Source: an uncultured Candidatus Saccharibacteria bacterium
GTDB taxonomy: Bacteria > Patescibacteriota > Minisyncoccia > Phycocordibacterales > CAYGLL01
Direction: 5' to 3'
Assembly: GCA_964350935.1 (NCBI GenBank)
Contig: CAYGLL010000012.1
Span: forward strand, 4,159 to 28,158
Length of the DNA stretch: 24,000 nucleotides
Shown here: positions 1 to 8,067 of the stretch, piece by piece
How positions within the stretch are numbered: position 1 is the stretch's first letter
How the letters are laid out: the number at the start of each line of letters is the position of its first letter
Position numbers and translations under genes: made by a program
The notes under the pieces: generated by a model
Told to the model about the DNA's origin: nothing
Database searches by the model: none
The model's input: the letters and a program-made list of their open reading frames with translations, nothing else

Positions 1-2
1 TT

Positions 3-239
3 TCCGGCATCGGGAAAAAAACTGCGGAAAAGATTGTTCGTGAGCTTAAAGAAAAAGTTGGGGCTGTTGATGGCAAAGAAACCGGAACGGCCCAAGGTGA
101 GCTCGATGCTGTCGAGGCGCTCCAAGCACTCGGCTACTCTCGCGACGAAGCGCGCGAAGCCGTCAAAAAGATCGACTCCTCAATCACCGACGCTGGTGCC
201 CGCGTCAAAGCCGCACTCAAAAATTTAGGGAAGAAATAA
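3..239 (+). CDS. ruvA: Holliday junction DNA helicase RuvA, C-terminal part (5' truncated by window edge)
   Basis: Frame 3 reads SGIGKKTAEKIVRELKEKVG...GELDAVEALQALGYSRDEAREAVKKI...ALKNLGKK*; GIGKKTAExIVxELK is the RuvA HhH motif and the C-terminal domain III pattern follows. Confidence 0.88.
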   Translation, partial: SGIGKKTAEKIVRELKEKVGAVDGKETGTAQGELDAVEALQALGYSRDEAREAVKKIDSSITDAGARVKAALKNLGKK

Positions 240-245
240 GACCCA

Positions 246-275
246 TTAAAAAAGCCGACCCGTTAGGATCGGCGT
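246..275 (-). terminator. Rho-independent terminator on the minus strand
   Basis: Minus strand reads GCCGATCCTAACGGGTCGGCTTTTTTAA: GC-rich hairpin plus U-run. Confidence 0.6.
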
Positions 276-524
276 TTGTCATCGGGACATTGCACGTACC
301 TGTCGCAAAAGCGTGCGGGTTCGCGACCCATCAGGGTCGAGCCTTCTCATGCGAGCGGCGGCTCGTTCCCAACAGGAAGAGTGGTCGGTAACATCGTGAT
401 GCGGATCAGAGCTTGATCCCCCCGCGCGCTCCCGCTTGCGGGAACGATCGAGATGATAGAGATGACTCGAGTAGAGAGCTTCCGGAGCAAGTGTTTTCAT
501 ATCTGAAAATAAGTATACATGAAA

Positions 525-557
525 AAGAAAAAGCCGCTCCCCCTGTGGAGAGCGGCT
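525..557 (-). terminator. Rho-independent terminator for the 568-1098 minus gene
   Basis: Minus strand AGCCGCTC...GAGCGGCTTTTTCTTTTT hairpin. Confidence 0.8.
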
Positions 558-567
558 GACTGATCAA

Positions 568-1098
568 TTACTTGTACGGAAACGGGTTGTAACGCTTCCA
601 ATCTTCATCCAGACGAAGAACATCAAGTGCCCGACGCCAGACACGACCTTCGAGGGGGGACAATTCCAACTCACCATGAGACAACACGTGCTCAAACGTG
701 CCGTTTTTCCGAGCACTCTCTGCAAGCTGCTGAATCAGGTCGCGAAGCACTTTTTCGGGAGTGTCTGCGTTAGGATCAACAACCTTGAACCAGCCAGTGC
801 GGTCGCGGAGTGTGTAGAACGCTTCAAAGTTGCCTTTGATGTGCTTACACAACTCATACGCTTCCTCACGGTTGTCTGCGGCTTGAGGTACTGCTGAAAC
901 AATGTACCCCCGGAAAAGAAAGTTTAGACCTGAACCGTCCTCACGTTCATTTCTATTTATCACGACCGTGACTACGACGGAGCTTACCAAGTCCGACACC
1001 ACAAACCGGACCTCGTTACGGTTTTTCGAATCACCGTGGTGTTCGCTTACAATCAAACCGAAGTGATCGGGGCCGTTTTTGACTGTTAGGTGTAGCAT
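568..1098 (-). CDS. Hypothetical protein (176 aa)
   Basis: Long ORF flanked by its own promoter (1207-1235) and terminator (525-557), with a purine-rich AGAAAGGAA upstream of ATG. Confidence 0.7.
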   Translation of the reverse strand: MLHLTVKNGPDHFGLIVSEHHGDSKNRNEVRFVVSDLVSSVVVTVVINRNEREDGSGLNFLFRGYIVSAVPQAADNREEAYELCKHIKGNFEAFYTLRDRTGWFKVVDPNADTPEKVLRDLIQQLAESARKNGTFEHVLSHGELELSPLEGRVWRRALDVLRLDEDWKRYNPFPYK

Positions 1099-1206
1099 AC
1101 GCTATTCCTTTCTATGTACTTGCGAGTGAGTTGATGCACCCGCACACATCCTTATACCGCGATTGCGTGCTATGACCTGTCCATACGAACAGGAATTACT
1201 ATATTA

Positions 1207-1235
1207 ATAATATCACAAAAAATATCACTAGTCAA
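1207..1235 (-). promoter_or_regulatory. Sigma70-type promoter driving the 568-1098 minus gene
   Basis: Minus strand TTGACT - 17 nt - TATTAT. Confidence 0.7.
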
Positions 1236-1260
1236 TCTCTATAAAACGGCTCAGTACATA

Positions 1261-1292
1261 GAAAAAGCCGCTCCCCGGGGTGGAGAGCGGCT
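1261..1292 (-). terminator. Rho-independent terminator for the 1306-1704 minus gene
   Basis: AGCCGCTC...GAGCGGCT hairpin followed by TTTTTC on the minus strand, nearly identical to the one at 525-557. Confidence 0.8.
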
Positions 1293-1305
1293 GTGAAAGA
1301 ACACG

Positions 1306-1704
1306 TCACTTTTTCGGCTTGGGATGCTCAAATTCCGGATAATCCCAACTTACCGTAAGGAAACCTATCCCAACCCCGGCGACGACAGCATGCCCGCGGT
1401 TCAACCTCATGCGCGGACCGCCAAAGTGCGCAACTGTCTCAGGTGAACGAACAATCATTCGTGGAGTGACCCACTCAGGGCTGACCTGGTTTTTCGGGGT
1501 GTAGAGAGTGAATGCGGCTGAAACATCATGCCGATACGACCCTTTTTCATTATCGTAAGGAACGCAGGATATTGCCCCGCTGAAGACTTCAACCTCCCAA
1601 CGAATGCCGGTCGTCGGATCAACGTGCGTCACCTTAAACGGTATGCCGGAATCGTCGGTTCGCCTTTCCTTGGGATTCGCTGCAACTGTCCAGGTTACTT
1701 TCAT
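1306..1704 (-). CDS. Hypothetical protein (132 or 137 aa depending on start)
   Basis: ORF with RBS-like GAAAGGAAA upstream of the longer start at 1719; bounded by a minus-strand promoter and terminator. Confidence 0.65.
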   Translation of the reverse strand: MKVTWTVAANPKERRTDDSGIPFKVTHVDPTTGIRWEVEVFSGAISCVPYDNEKGSYRHDVSAAFTLYTPKNQVSPEWVTPRMIVRSPETVAHFGGPRMRLNRGHAVVAGVGIGFLTVSWDYPEFEHPKPKK

Positions 1705-1808
1705 AAAACCTTCTTTCATGTTTTCCTTTCAATTCAAGGTTCTCCGTTCACCAGAAATCAAATTTCTGAGTAAATGGCCCTACCACATGGCAGGAATTAC
1801 TGGTGGCT

Positions 1809-1837
1809 ATAATATCACATAATATAAATTATGTCAA
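1809..1837 (-). promoter_or_regulatory. Sigma70-type promoter for the 1306-1719 minus gene
   Basis: Minus strand TTGACA - 17 nt - TATTAT. Confidence 0.8.
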
Positions 1838-1873
1838 ACACAGCAAAACCACAAAATACGCTATGATTGAGCC

Positions 1874-3154
1874 GTGCTTCGATTAATTAAAAGATTAATA
1901 CCCCGGAAACTCTTTCAATTCGCTCAGCCCGTTTATCACTGGAAATTGGCACTTTTGGGCGCGCTCCTCTACCGCTTCCCTTCTCGACACATCAAGGTGA
2001 TCGCGATAACTGGAACGAAAGGTAAAAGCACGACGGTGGAACTCGTGAACGCGATACTCGAAGCAGCCGGGAAAAAGACTGCGGTTGCCGGAACGATTCG
2101 CTTTAAAATTGGAAACGAAACCCGACCAAACCTTTTCAAGATGACGATGCCTGGCCGATTTTTTATTCAAAAATTCTTGCGTGAAGCGGTTGAGGCGAAA
2201 TGCGATTATGCTGTGATCGAGATGACCTCTGAAGGCGCAAAGCAGTTCCGCCACAAATTCATTGATCTTAATGCTTTAATCTTCCTTAACCTCACTCCTG
2301 AACACATCGAATCCCACGGCTCCTATGAAAAGTATCGCGATGCCAAACTCTCTCTTGCACACGCACTGGCAGAGTCGCCTAAGAAAAATAAAGTGATGGT
2401 GGTAAATGGCGATGATCCCGAGGCTCCGAAATTTATCGAGGCCGCAAAAGGCTCGATACATAAAATATTCTCGATCAAAGACGCGGGTGACCTGAAACTG
2501 CGACCCGAAGGACTTACGCTTCAACTGCAGGGAAAAACTATTACCTCACACCTGCGCGGCCGCTTTAATGCGTACAATATTCTTTCAGCGGCTACGTTTG
2601 CACTCGCGTATGGAATTTCCATCGATGCCATCCGCGACGGTATTCAAACACTTAAAGAAGTACGCGGCCGCGTTGAAGGGATAAAAGTTCTCCCTAATCA
2701 ACCGTTTGAGGTAATCGTCGACTACGCGCACACACCCGATTCATTGACCAAACTCTATGAAGCATTTCCCAACAATAAGAAAATCTGTGTTCTCGGAAAC
2801 ACGGGTGGCGGGCGTGACGCGTGGAAACGCCCCGTGATGGCCTCGATCGCCGAAAAATTTTGTGACACCGTAATTCTCACGAACGAAGATCCTTACGACG
2901 AAGATCCTCGAAAGATTGTCGACGACATGGAAGCAGGAATGAAAAATAAAAAACCGCTAATTATTATGGATCGCGGGGAGGCAATTCATACAGCTATCAA
3001 AAAAGCATCTGCAGGTGACGTGATACTCATTTCCGGTAAAGGCACTGACCCGTGCATCATGGGCCCCAACGGAACAAAAATTCCCTGGGACGATGCAACT
3101 GTCGTACGAGAAGAACTCAAAAAAATGTTTGACAAAAAACCAAACGAAGACTAA
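1874..3154 (+). CDS. Mur ligase family protein, UDP-N-acetylmuramyl tripeptide synthetase-like (MurE-like)
   Basis: ITGTKGKSTTVELVNAIL (Mur ligase P-loop), NLTPEHIESHGSYEKYRDAK, VIVDYAHTPDSL, GNTGGGRDAWKRPVM, LTNEDPYDEDP motifs. Confidence 0.88.
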   Translation: MLRLIKRLIPRKLFQFAQPVYHWKLALLGALLYRFPSRHIKVIAITGTKGKSTTVELVNAILEAAGKKTAVAGTIRFKIGNETRPNLFKMTMPGRFFIQKFLREAVEAKCDYAVIEMTSEGAKQFRHKFIDLNALIFLNLTPEHIESHGSYEKYRDAKLSLAHALAESPKKNKVMVVNGDDPEAPKFIEAAKGSIHKIFSIKDAGDLKLRPEGLTLQLQGKTITSHLRGRFNAYNILSAATFALAYGISIDAIRDGIQTLKEVRGRVEGIKVLPNQPFEVIVDYAHTPDSLTKLYEAFPNNKKICVLGNTGGGRDAWKRPVMASIAEKFCDTVILTNEDPYDEDPRKIVDDMEAGMKNKKPLIIMDRGEAIHTAIKKASAGDVILISGKGTDPCIMGPNGTKIPWDDATVVREELKKMFDKKPNED

Positions 3155-3184
3155 TCTCGAAACAGAACAACAAAGGAAAAACTT

Positions 3185-3688
3185 ATGAGCGATGGTATGT
3201 CTGATGGTTACCGAGCCGCTGAAGATGCAGCAGCGCGGCGCGCTGGGATTGAACAATTTCTTATCTTTCTCGATGGAAATCCAACACAGGCTCCTCAAGG
3301 AACTGAGTTGCACCGGCTCCGGGGAATATTTCCTGACGCGGTTTTCGCGAATGTCCCTGCTATGACTGACGGAAAAGAGGAAGAGAGGCTGTGTGAAGAG
3401 CGGCGGGTGGCTTTTCTCGAAAAAATTATCCGGGCCGATGTTGGTTCGTGGAAATTACTCCTCGATGACCTCGGCTGCGATTCCGATTCATGGCGGCTCT
3501 TGGGTGAAGTTCTTGCCCGATCACCGTTCAAAAATCACCTCTTAGCACGCGTAAACACTGGCGGAGCAACCGACCGCCTCGAAATTCTCGATGTAGGACA
3601 GACACTCAATGATACCGGCACACCGAAAGAAGCCCACTTCGTTCTTATTCCAAAACCCGAATCGTTGATTGTGGTCAGCCGCACATAA
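3185..3688 (+). CDS. Hypothetical protein
   Basis: ORF following an RBS-like AAGGAAAA; ends just before a terminator hairpin. Confidence 0.6.
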   Translation: MSDGMSDGYRAAEDAAARRAGIEQFLIFLDGNPTQAPQGTELHRLRGIFPDAVFANVPAMTDGKEEERLCEERRVAFLEKIIRADVGSWKLLLDDLGCDSDSWRLLGEVLARSPFKNHLLARVNTGGATDRLEILDVGQTLNDTGTPKEAHFVLIPKPESLIVVSRT

Positions 3689-3702
3689 TGTGCGGCTTTT
3701 TA
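3680..3702 (+). terminator. Rho-independent terminator
   Basis: AGCCGCACATAATGTGCGGCTTTTT hairpin plus U-run. Confidence 0.8.
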
Positions 3703-3713
3703 AATACCGATGA

Positions 3714-4937
3714 TTAGTAACCGAATAGTTCGTTTAATTTTTTTCTGGTTTCAGGCCCTACAGTGCCACGCTCGGAAATACCTTCCTTTTCCTGAAATTT
3801 TTTAAGCGACACCTCGGTACAGGGACCGAAATAACCGTTTACCGGGCAGTCATTCTTAGTAAGTCCAGCGGGTGGATACAGTTTTGAAAAAACTAAGGCA
3901 CTTTGAAGCGCTAGTACCGCTTCCCGGTTAGTCGCATTTTTAGTCAGCGTATCGTTCCACTCATACGGCAAGAAGAGTGTGCTAAACGCCGCACCTGATC
4001 GATGACCAAAAAAAGAACTGAAACCTAAGTATGTTTTATACGCGAGCTCCTGAATCATGTGTGCGCGAATTTCTTTATCCTGAAACTGCGGCTCATAGAC
4101 ATAACCGTATTCAATCAACACACTCGCTGCATCAGCGGTGTTATATGATCCGAGCGCAATCAACTCCTGATCTTCAACCAAGCCTTTGCTCTCTTTCGGC
4201 AGGTTGCTCACAGCGCCATACTCGCGAAGTTTTTCAAACACGGATTTTCCCAGAGCCAGACTTGCCTTCGCGTTTGAATACTGGCTTTCAGGAATATAAA
4301 CGGCGAGGCCGGAGTACTTACCCGCTTTTCCGGCACGACGTCCGCCATAATCATTGAAGTGAATATGCACCACGACATCAATACCACGTTCATTGACCCA
4401 TTGATTAATCGCATAGAGTCGGAGTGCTTTGTCGTAGCTCACCGCATTATGATCAACACCTGCAAACGGCTGAACTAAACCTTTGTCGATCAAACTGATC
4501 ATGGTCTGCTTCTTTGAGGTGACAAAGCGTTCGAGTGAGGATCGGTTTTGATTAAAGTAATTGAGGAAATCTTGGTTGTAACCATTCTCATTACGAAGAA
4601 GGATTACCTCAAACTCATCGTCGTCATTAAAATAGTCGGCGAGCTTAAGACCAACTTCCCTGGTGAGGTCTGCTTCGCGCACACCCTTAAACACCGCGCC
4701 GGGCGAAGCATCATCGTGACCGGGAACAATTAACACACCTACTTTTCCCTTCCCTTCTTTAGCCGCCTTGAAATTGTGCTGGAGACCATCAACCGTAACG
4801 CTGTCAATGAAAAAAACCGATGCAAGAAATTGGCGCGGGGAAAATCCAAAACCTGAAAACGAAATCGCAGCCACAGTCACCAACACCAGAAACAAGAGAA
4901 GGGCAAACAGCTCGGCTTTGTTTTTCATGAACGGCAT
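3714..4937 (-). CDS. N-acetylmuramoyl-L-alanine amidase-like protein with N-terminal TM segment and C-terminal peptidoglycan-binding domain
   Basis: VGVLIVPGHDD, VVHIHFNDYGG, LIEYGYVYEP (amidase_3-like metal-binding pattern); C-term LFLPYEW...ALQSALVFSKLYPP...NGYFGPCTEVSLKKFQEKEGISERGTVGPETRKKL (PG_binding_1 repeat). Confidence 0.75.
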   Translation of the reverse strand: MPFMKNKAELFALLLFLVLVTVAAISFSGFGFSPRQFLASVFFIDSVTVDGLQHNFKAAKEGKGKVGVLIVPGHDDASPGAVFKGVREADLTREVGLKLADYFNDDDEFEVILLRNENGYNQDFLNYFNQNRSSLERFVTSKKQTMISLIDKGLVQPFAGVDHNAVSYDKALRLYAINQWVNERGIDVVVHIHFNDYGGRRAGKAGKYSGLAVYIPESQYSNAKASLALGKSVFEKLREYGAVSNLPKESKGLVEDQELIALGSYNTADAASVLIEYGYVYEPQFQDKEIRAHMIQELAYKTYLGFSSFFGHRSGAAFSTLFLPYEWNDTLTKNATNREAVLALQSALVFSKLYPPAGLTKNDCPVNGYFGPCTEVSLKKFQEKEGISERGTVGPETRKKLNELFGY

Positions 4938-5060
4938 AGCGTGTCTCTAGTATATGACGAAGACCGCACAAGTCGAAATGGAACGGCGAAATTAAAACCT
5001 GCGTTGCTCGTGTAACTATTTTTACACTATCGAGATGGACGAGCATGCTATAGTTATTTT

Positions 5061-6140
5061 ATGGACTTCAAGAAATACTGGCCCTACCTCATCCTTGTAC
5101 TTGGTGCTATTTTTTCTATCGTCATTGCCTTCATCTCCATACAAAACCTGCGCGATCCGGACGAAACGGCAACTTCAACCGAAGCAGTAGCAACTTCAAG
5201 TGTCGTGGTGGCACCGGCTGCACCGCAACAAGAATCGAAATTTATGCAGACCTTGCGCAACCTCTTTACGTTTAGAAATCTTGCACCGCCATTACCCGCA
5301 ACACGAACGGCTCCTCCAAACTCATCAGGCACCTATTACACATCGCCTACCAATACAACAGGAAACCAAAACACCCCTGCAGTTCCTCCTGAGCCCTCCA
5401 CCCGACCGTCACAATACAACTACACATTTGCGCCAGCGGAGGTACCTCCGACACCGCGCGCGCAGTATCCGCAACCTGCCGACGTCGTGCGCCTTAACCA
5501 TTTTGTTTCAACCGGAAACGGAAACCCTAACTATGAGTACGTAATCCTTACCGCACCGCAGACAAACCAGAAGCCTTTGGTCATCACCGGCATGAAATTA
5601 CGAAGCGCAGTCACGGGAAATAGCGCGGTTATTGGAAATGGAGTAACTCCGTTTCTCGAAGGCCAGCAAAACAGCGAAGGAGCGATAGCACTTAAACCGG
5701 GGAGCGTTGCCTACATCTTCACCGGGCGATCACCCTTGAGCTATTCATTCCAGCTCAACAAATGTATGGGCTTCCTTAATCAGTTTTATGCATTCACACC
5801 AGGTATTTCGACATACTGCCCCCTCATTCAAAGCCATCAGTTGCCTAAATTTCCAAACAATTTTGACGACAACTGTCTGGACTACCTGAGCCGGCTGGGC
5901 CAGTGCTACGATCATGCGGTACAACCATTTCCCAGCTACATCAAACCCGAATGCCAAAGTTTTATTCTTGAGAGAAATAATTACCGCTACTGCGTTTCTC
6001 ACCACCGCTCAGACAGCGACTTTGAAATACGAGACTGGCGCATCTATTTAAACCGCAGCCAGGTGTTGTGGAAAACGTATCGTGAACACATCGAGCTTTA
6101 CGATCAAAACGGTAAGCTCGTTGACGGGTTCACCTACTAA
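5061..6140 (+). CDS. Membrane-anchored hypothetical protein with Pro-rich linker and lamin-tail-like (LTD-like) region
   Basis: N-terminal TM (YLILVLGAIFSIVIAFISI), Pro/Thr-rich linker, NYEYVILTAP...ITGMKLRSAVTG region and Cys-rich C-terminus; domain call is tentative. Confidence 0.6.
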   Translation: MDFKKYWPYLILVLGAIFSIVIAFISIQNLRDPDETATSTEAVATSSVVVAPAAPQQESKFMQTLRNLFTFRNLAPPLPATRTAPPNSSGTYYTSPTNTTGNQNTPAVPPEPSTRPSQYNYTFAPAEVPPTPRAQYPQPADVVRLNHFVSTGNGNPNYEYVILTAPQTNQKPLVITGMKLRSAVTGNSAVIGNGVTPFLEGQQNSEGAIALKPGSVAYIFTGRSPLSYSFQLNKCMGFLNQFYAFTPGISTYCPLIQSHQLPKFPNNFDDNCLDYLSRLGQCYDHAVQPFPSYIKPECQSFILERNNYRYCVSHHRSDSDFEIRDWRIYLNRSQVLWKTYREHIELYDQNGKLVDGFTY

Positions 6141-6628
6141 TTCGCTCCTCGATTTTTAAGTGCGAACGCGACAACGCCAAACGCCACACTCACGTTCAGT
6201 GATTCTTTGTTGCCGTGCATTGGAATTTCCACAACATCATCACATTTTTGGAGTACCGCTTTTTCCAAACCGGTGACCTCGTTGCCAAGAACAAGTGCAA
6301 CGTGGTGCGGAGGCTTATATGAAAAATATGGAATAGATTTTTTGGACTGTTCAATAGCGGCGATCACATAGCCTTCTGTCTTAAGTTTTTGGGCGACCGC
6401 TTTAAATGTGCGCTCATGCTCCCACGGAATGCTCTGCTCGGCACCAAGCGCGGTCTTCGCAATCTCTTTGACCGGCCGGTTAAAGCGATCGAGGGGTGCT
6501 GGGGTGTAACCCGTAAGATAAATCTTTGAAACGCCAACAGCATCAGCTGTCCGGAAAATCGAACCGACATTGTGTGCGCTGCGAACATCGTGAACGATGA
6601 CGACATACTCGCTGATTTTTTTCTTCAT
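6137..6628 (-). CDS. RNA methyltransferase, TrmH/SpoU family
   Basis: HDVRSAHNVGSIFRTADAVGVSKIYLTGYTP, HVALVLGNEVTGL, VEIPMHGNKESLNVSVAFGVVAF: canonical SPOUT motifs 1-3. Confidence 0.93.
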   Translation of the reverse strand: MKKKISEYVVIVHDVRSAHNVGSIFRTADAVGVSKIYLTGYTPAPLDRFNRPVKEIAKTALGAEQSIPWEHERTFKAVAQKLKTEGYVIAAIEQSKKSIPYFSYKPPHHVALVLGNEVTGLEKAVLQKCDDVVEIPMHGNKESLNVSVAFGVVAFALKNRGAN

Positions 6629-6682
6629 AGAGACGTTGTACCATTCTTTGCCGCTTGGTGAAAGTGTGTGTACAATTGGGCC

Positions 6683-7090
6683 ATGCCCCTCAACCCCTTC
6701 CCTAATTTTCTCTCCTACGCTTTTTTTGCGCCGTTTCTTCTTCGTGTACTTCTTGCGCTCATCTTTATTGAGTTTGGCTACAGCAAACTAACCACTGATA
6801 AAAAGACTAAAATCGCCTTTTTTGAAAAAATTGGTCTGCGTCCAGGAACATTCTTTACCTATCTCTTTGCTTTCATCGAACTTGTGGTCGGTGTAATGCT
6901 TCTTGCCGGATTTTATACTCAGATTGCTGCACTCGTTGCACTGTCAATCCTTGCCGGCACACTCTCAATCAAACAAAAATATCCTACGCTCCTTAAAAGT
7001 GAAGCGCGCTACTATTTTTTACTCTTTGTCATTGCACTTACCCTCCTGTTTACCGGCGCCGGAGCGTATTCCCTGGATATCCCGCTCTAA
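6683..7090 (+). CDS. DoxX family membrane protein
   Basis: LLRVLLALIFIEFGYSKL...FAFIELVVGVMLLAGFYTQIAALVALSILAGT: four-helix DoxX pattern. Confidence 0.75.
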   Translation: MPLNPFPNFLSYAFFAPFLLRVLLALIFIEFGYSKLTTDKKTKIAFFEKIGLRPGTFFTYLFAFIELVVGVMLLAGFYTQIAALVALSILAGTLSIKQKYPTLLKSEARYYFLLFVIALTLLFTGAGAYSLDIPL

Positions 7091-7149
7091 TTGCGGTTCA
7101 AAAATTTTGTGTTATTATCGTTTGAGCCGGGAAACCGGCTGAATTTTTT

Positions 7150-7222
7150 CCGCCCATAGCTCAGGTGGTAGAGCACCTGCCTTTTAAGCAGAGGGTCGTA
7201 GGTTCGAGTCCTACTGGGCGGA
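7150..7222 (+). tRNA. tRNA-Lys (anticodon UUU), CCA not encoded
   Basis: Acceptor CCGCCCA/UGGGCGG, D-arm GCUCAGGUGGUAGAGC, anticodon loop CUUUUAA, T-arm GUAGGUUCGAGUCCUAC, discriminator A. Confidence 0.95.
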
Positions 7223-7229
7223 CTAGCGA

Positions 7230-7257
7230 GAAAAATCTAAACAGTTTTAGATTTTTC
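7230..7257 (+). terminator. Near-perfect palindrome downstream of tRNA-Lys, likely bidirectional terminator
   Basis: GAAAAATCTAAA-CAGT-TTTAGATTTTTC, 12-bp arms ending in a T-run. Confidence 0.65.
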
Positions 7258-7560
7258 GAGACTTGTCCGAAACGGAGGTATGTTTTGCGAGCACGCAAAA
7301 CAGCCGAGTTGTGGTCAGAGAAGTTTGTGAGCGACGGCGAACAAACTATCTGTGACGACAAGTTTTTTGGTACTGGTCGTGTAACGACCGAGGCTCCCAC
7401 TGGTTTGCGACAAAAGACTTAGTAACTTGTGACCGAGTCCTACTGGCTTTTGCGACGGCACGACGAGAGGCGAAGGAGAAACTCCTAACTTGTCGGATGC
7501 GAAATTAATCGTAAAAATTCTGGAGGTCTACTAAATGCAAAACCTCTGATTAATTTAGAT

Positions 7561-7983
7561 CTAAATCGCGCAGCGATTACACGTTCCGAAAAACTCGAGT
7601 GCGTGCGTTTTAATTGAGTTAAATCGTTTAGATTTCTTGAGAGCGTCAGCCTCGATTCTTTGGGTATCACAATTTTCAATGTCTTCAATCGTGCCGCACT
7701 TTTCACAAACGACGTGATGGTGGTGATGAGAATCATTAACAATTTCATAGTGCGTATATGAATACTGAAGATCGATCTTCTTGACCAAGCCAATAGTCAC
7801 AAGGGCATGAAGAGCCCGATAGACATTAACTTTATCCAATACACCCTTCAGCTTTTTCACAATGTCTTCCACGCCCATTGGTTTTCCACTTTTCCCTAAC
7901 ACTTCCAGGAGAGCAACTCGCCCAGGTGTTACTCTGAGGCCATGCACGCGGAGAGAAGTTTGGAATGCACCGTGTGTTTTCAT
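7561..7983 (-). CDS. Fur-family metalloregulator (Fur/Zur/PerR class)
   Basis: LRVTPGRVALLEVL, VNVYRALHALVTIGLVKKI, HHHHHVVCEKCGTIEDIENCD, C-terminal CNRC; start set at internal Met after MRLYYALS. Confidence 0.9.
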   Translation of the reverse strand: MKTHGAFQTSLRVHGLRVTPGRVALLEVLGKSGKPMGVEDIVKKLKGVLDKVNVYRALHALVTIGLVKKIDLQYSYTHYEIVNDSHHHHHVVCEKCGTIEDIENCDTQRIEADALKKSKRFNSIKTHALEFFGTCNRCAI

Positions 7984-7999
7984 ACTTAGAGCATAGTAT

Positions 8000-8020
8000 A
8001 AACGCAATTTACTTGCAATT
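8000..8020. promoter_or_regulatory. Candidate Fur-family operator, copy 1
   Basis: AAACGCAATTTACTTGCAATT; imperfect inverted repeat GCAA-N5-TTGC, repeated 45 bp downstream. Confidence 0.55.
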
Positions 8021-8041
8021 ATATCTAACCAAGGGTACTAT
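8013..8041 (+). promoter_or_regulatory. Candidate promoter for the CooC-like gene
   Basis: TTGCAA - 17 nt - TACTAT, lying between the two operator-like repeats. Confidence 0.5.
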
Positions 8042-8044
8042 CAT

Positions 8045-8065
8045 AAACGCAACTAGATTGCATTT
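8045..8065. promoter_or_regulatory. Candidate Fur-family operator, copy 2
   Basis: AAACGCAACTAGATTGCATTT; same GCAA-N5-TTGC arrangement as 8000-8020. Confidence 0.55.
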
Positions 8066-8067
8066 AA

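Noticed and set aside
34-228. 64-aa ORF listed in the ORF track
   Set aside because: The overlapping open frame (3-239) encodes a convincing RuvA C-terminus; the listed ORF is out of frame with it.
320-345. CCCTGATGGGTCGCGAAC on the minus strand resembling a hammerhead core
   Set aside because: The conserved CUGANGA and GAAA elements and the third stem are missing; it is a simple CGACCC/GGGTCG hairpin.
7165-7422. 85-aa ORF starting within tRNA-Lys
   Set aside because: It overlaps the tRNA and the downstream palindrome; MVEHLPFKQRVVGSSPTGR is a typical spurious translation of a tRNA gene.
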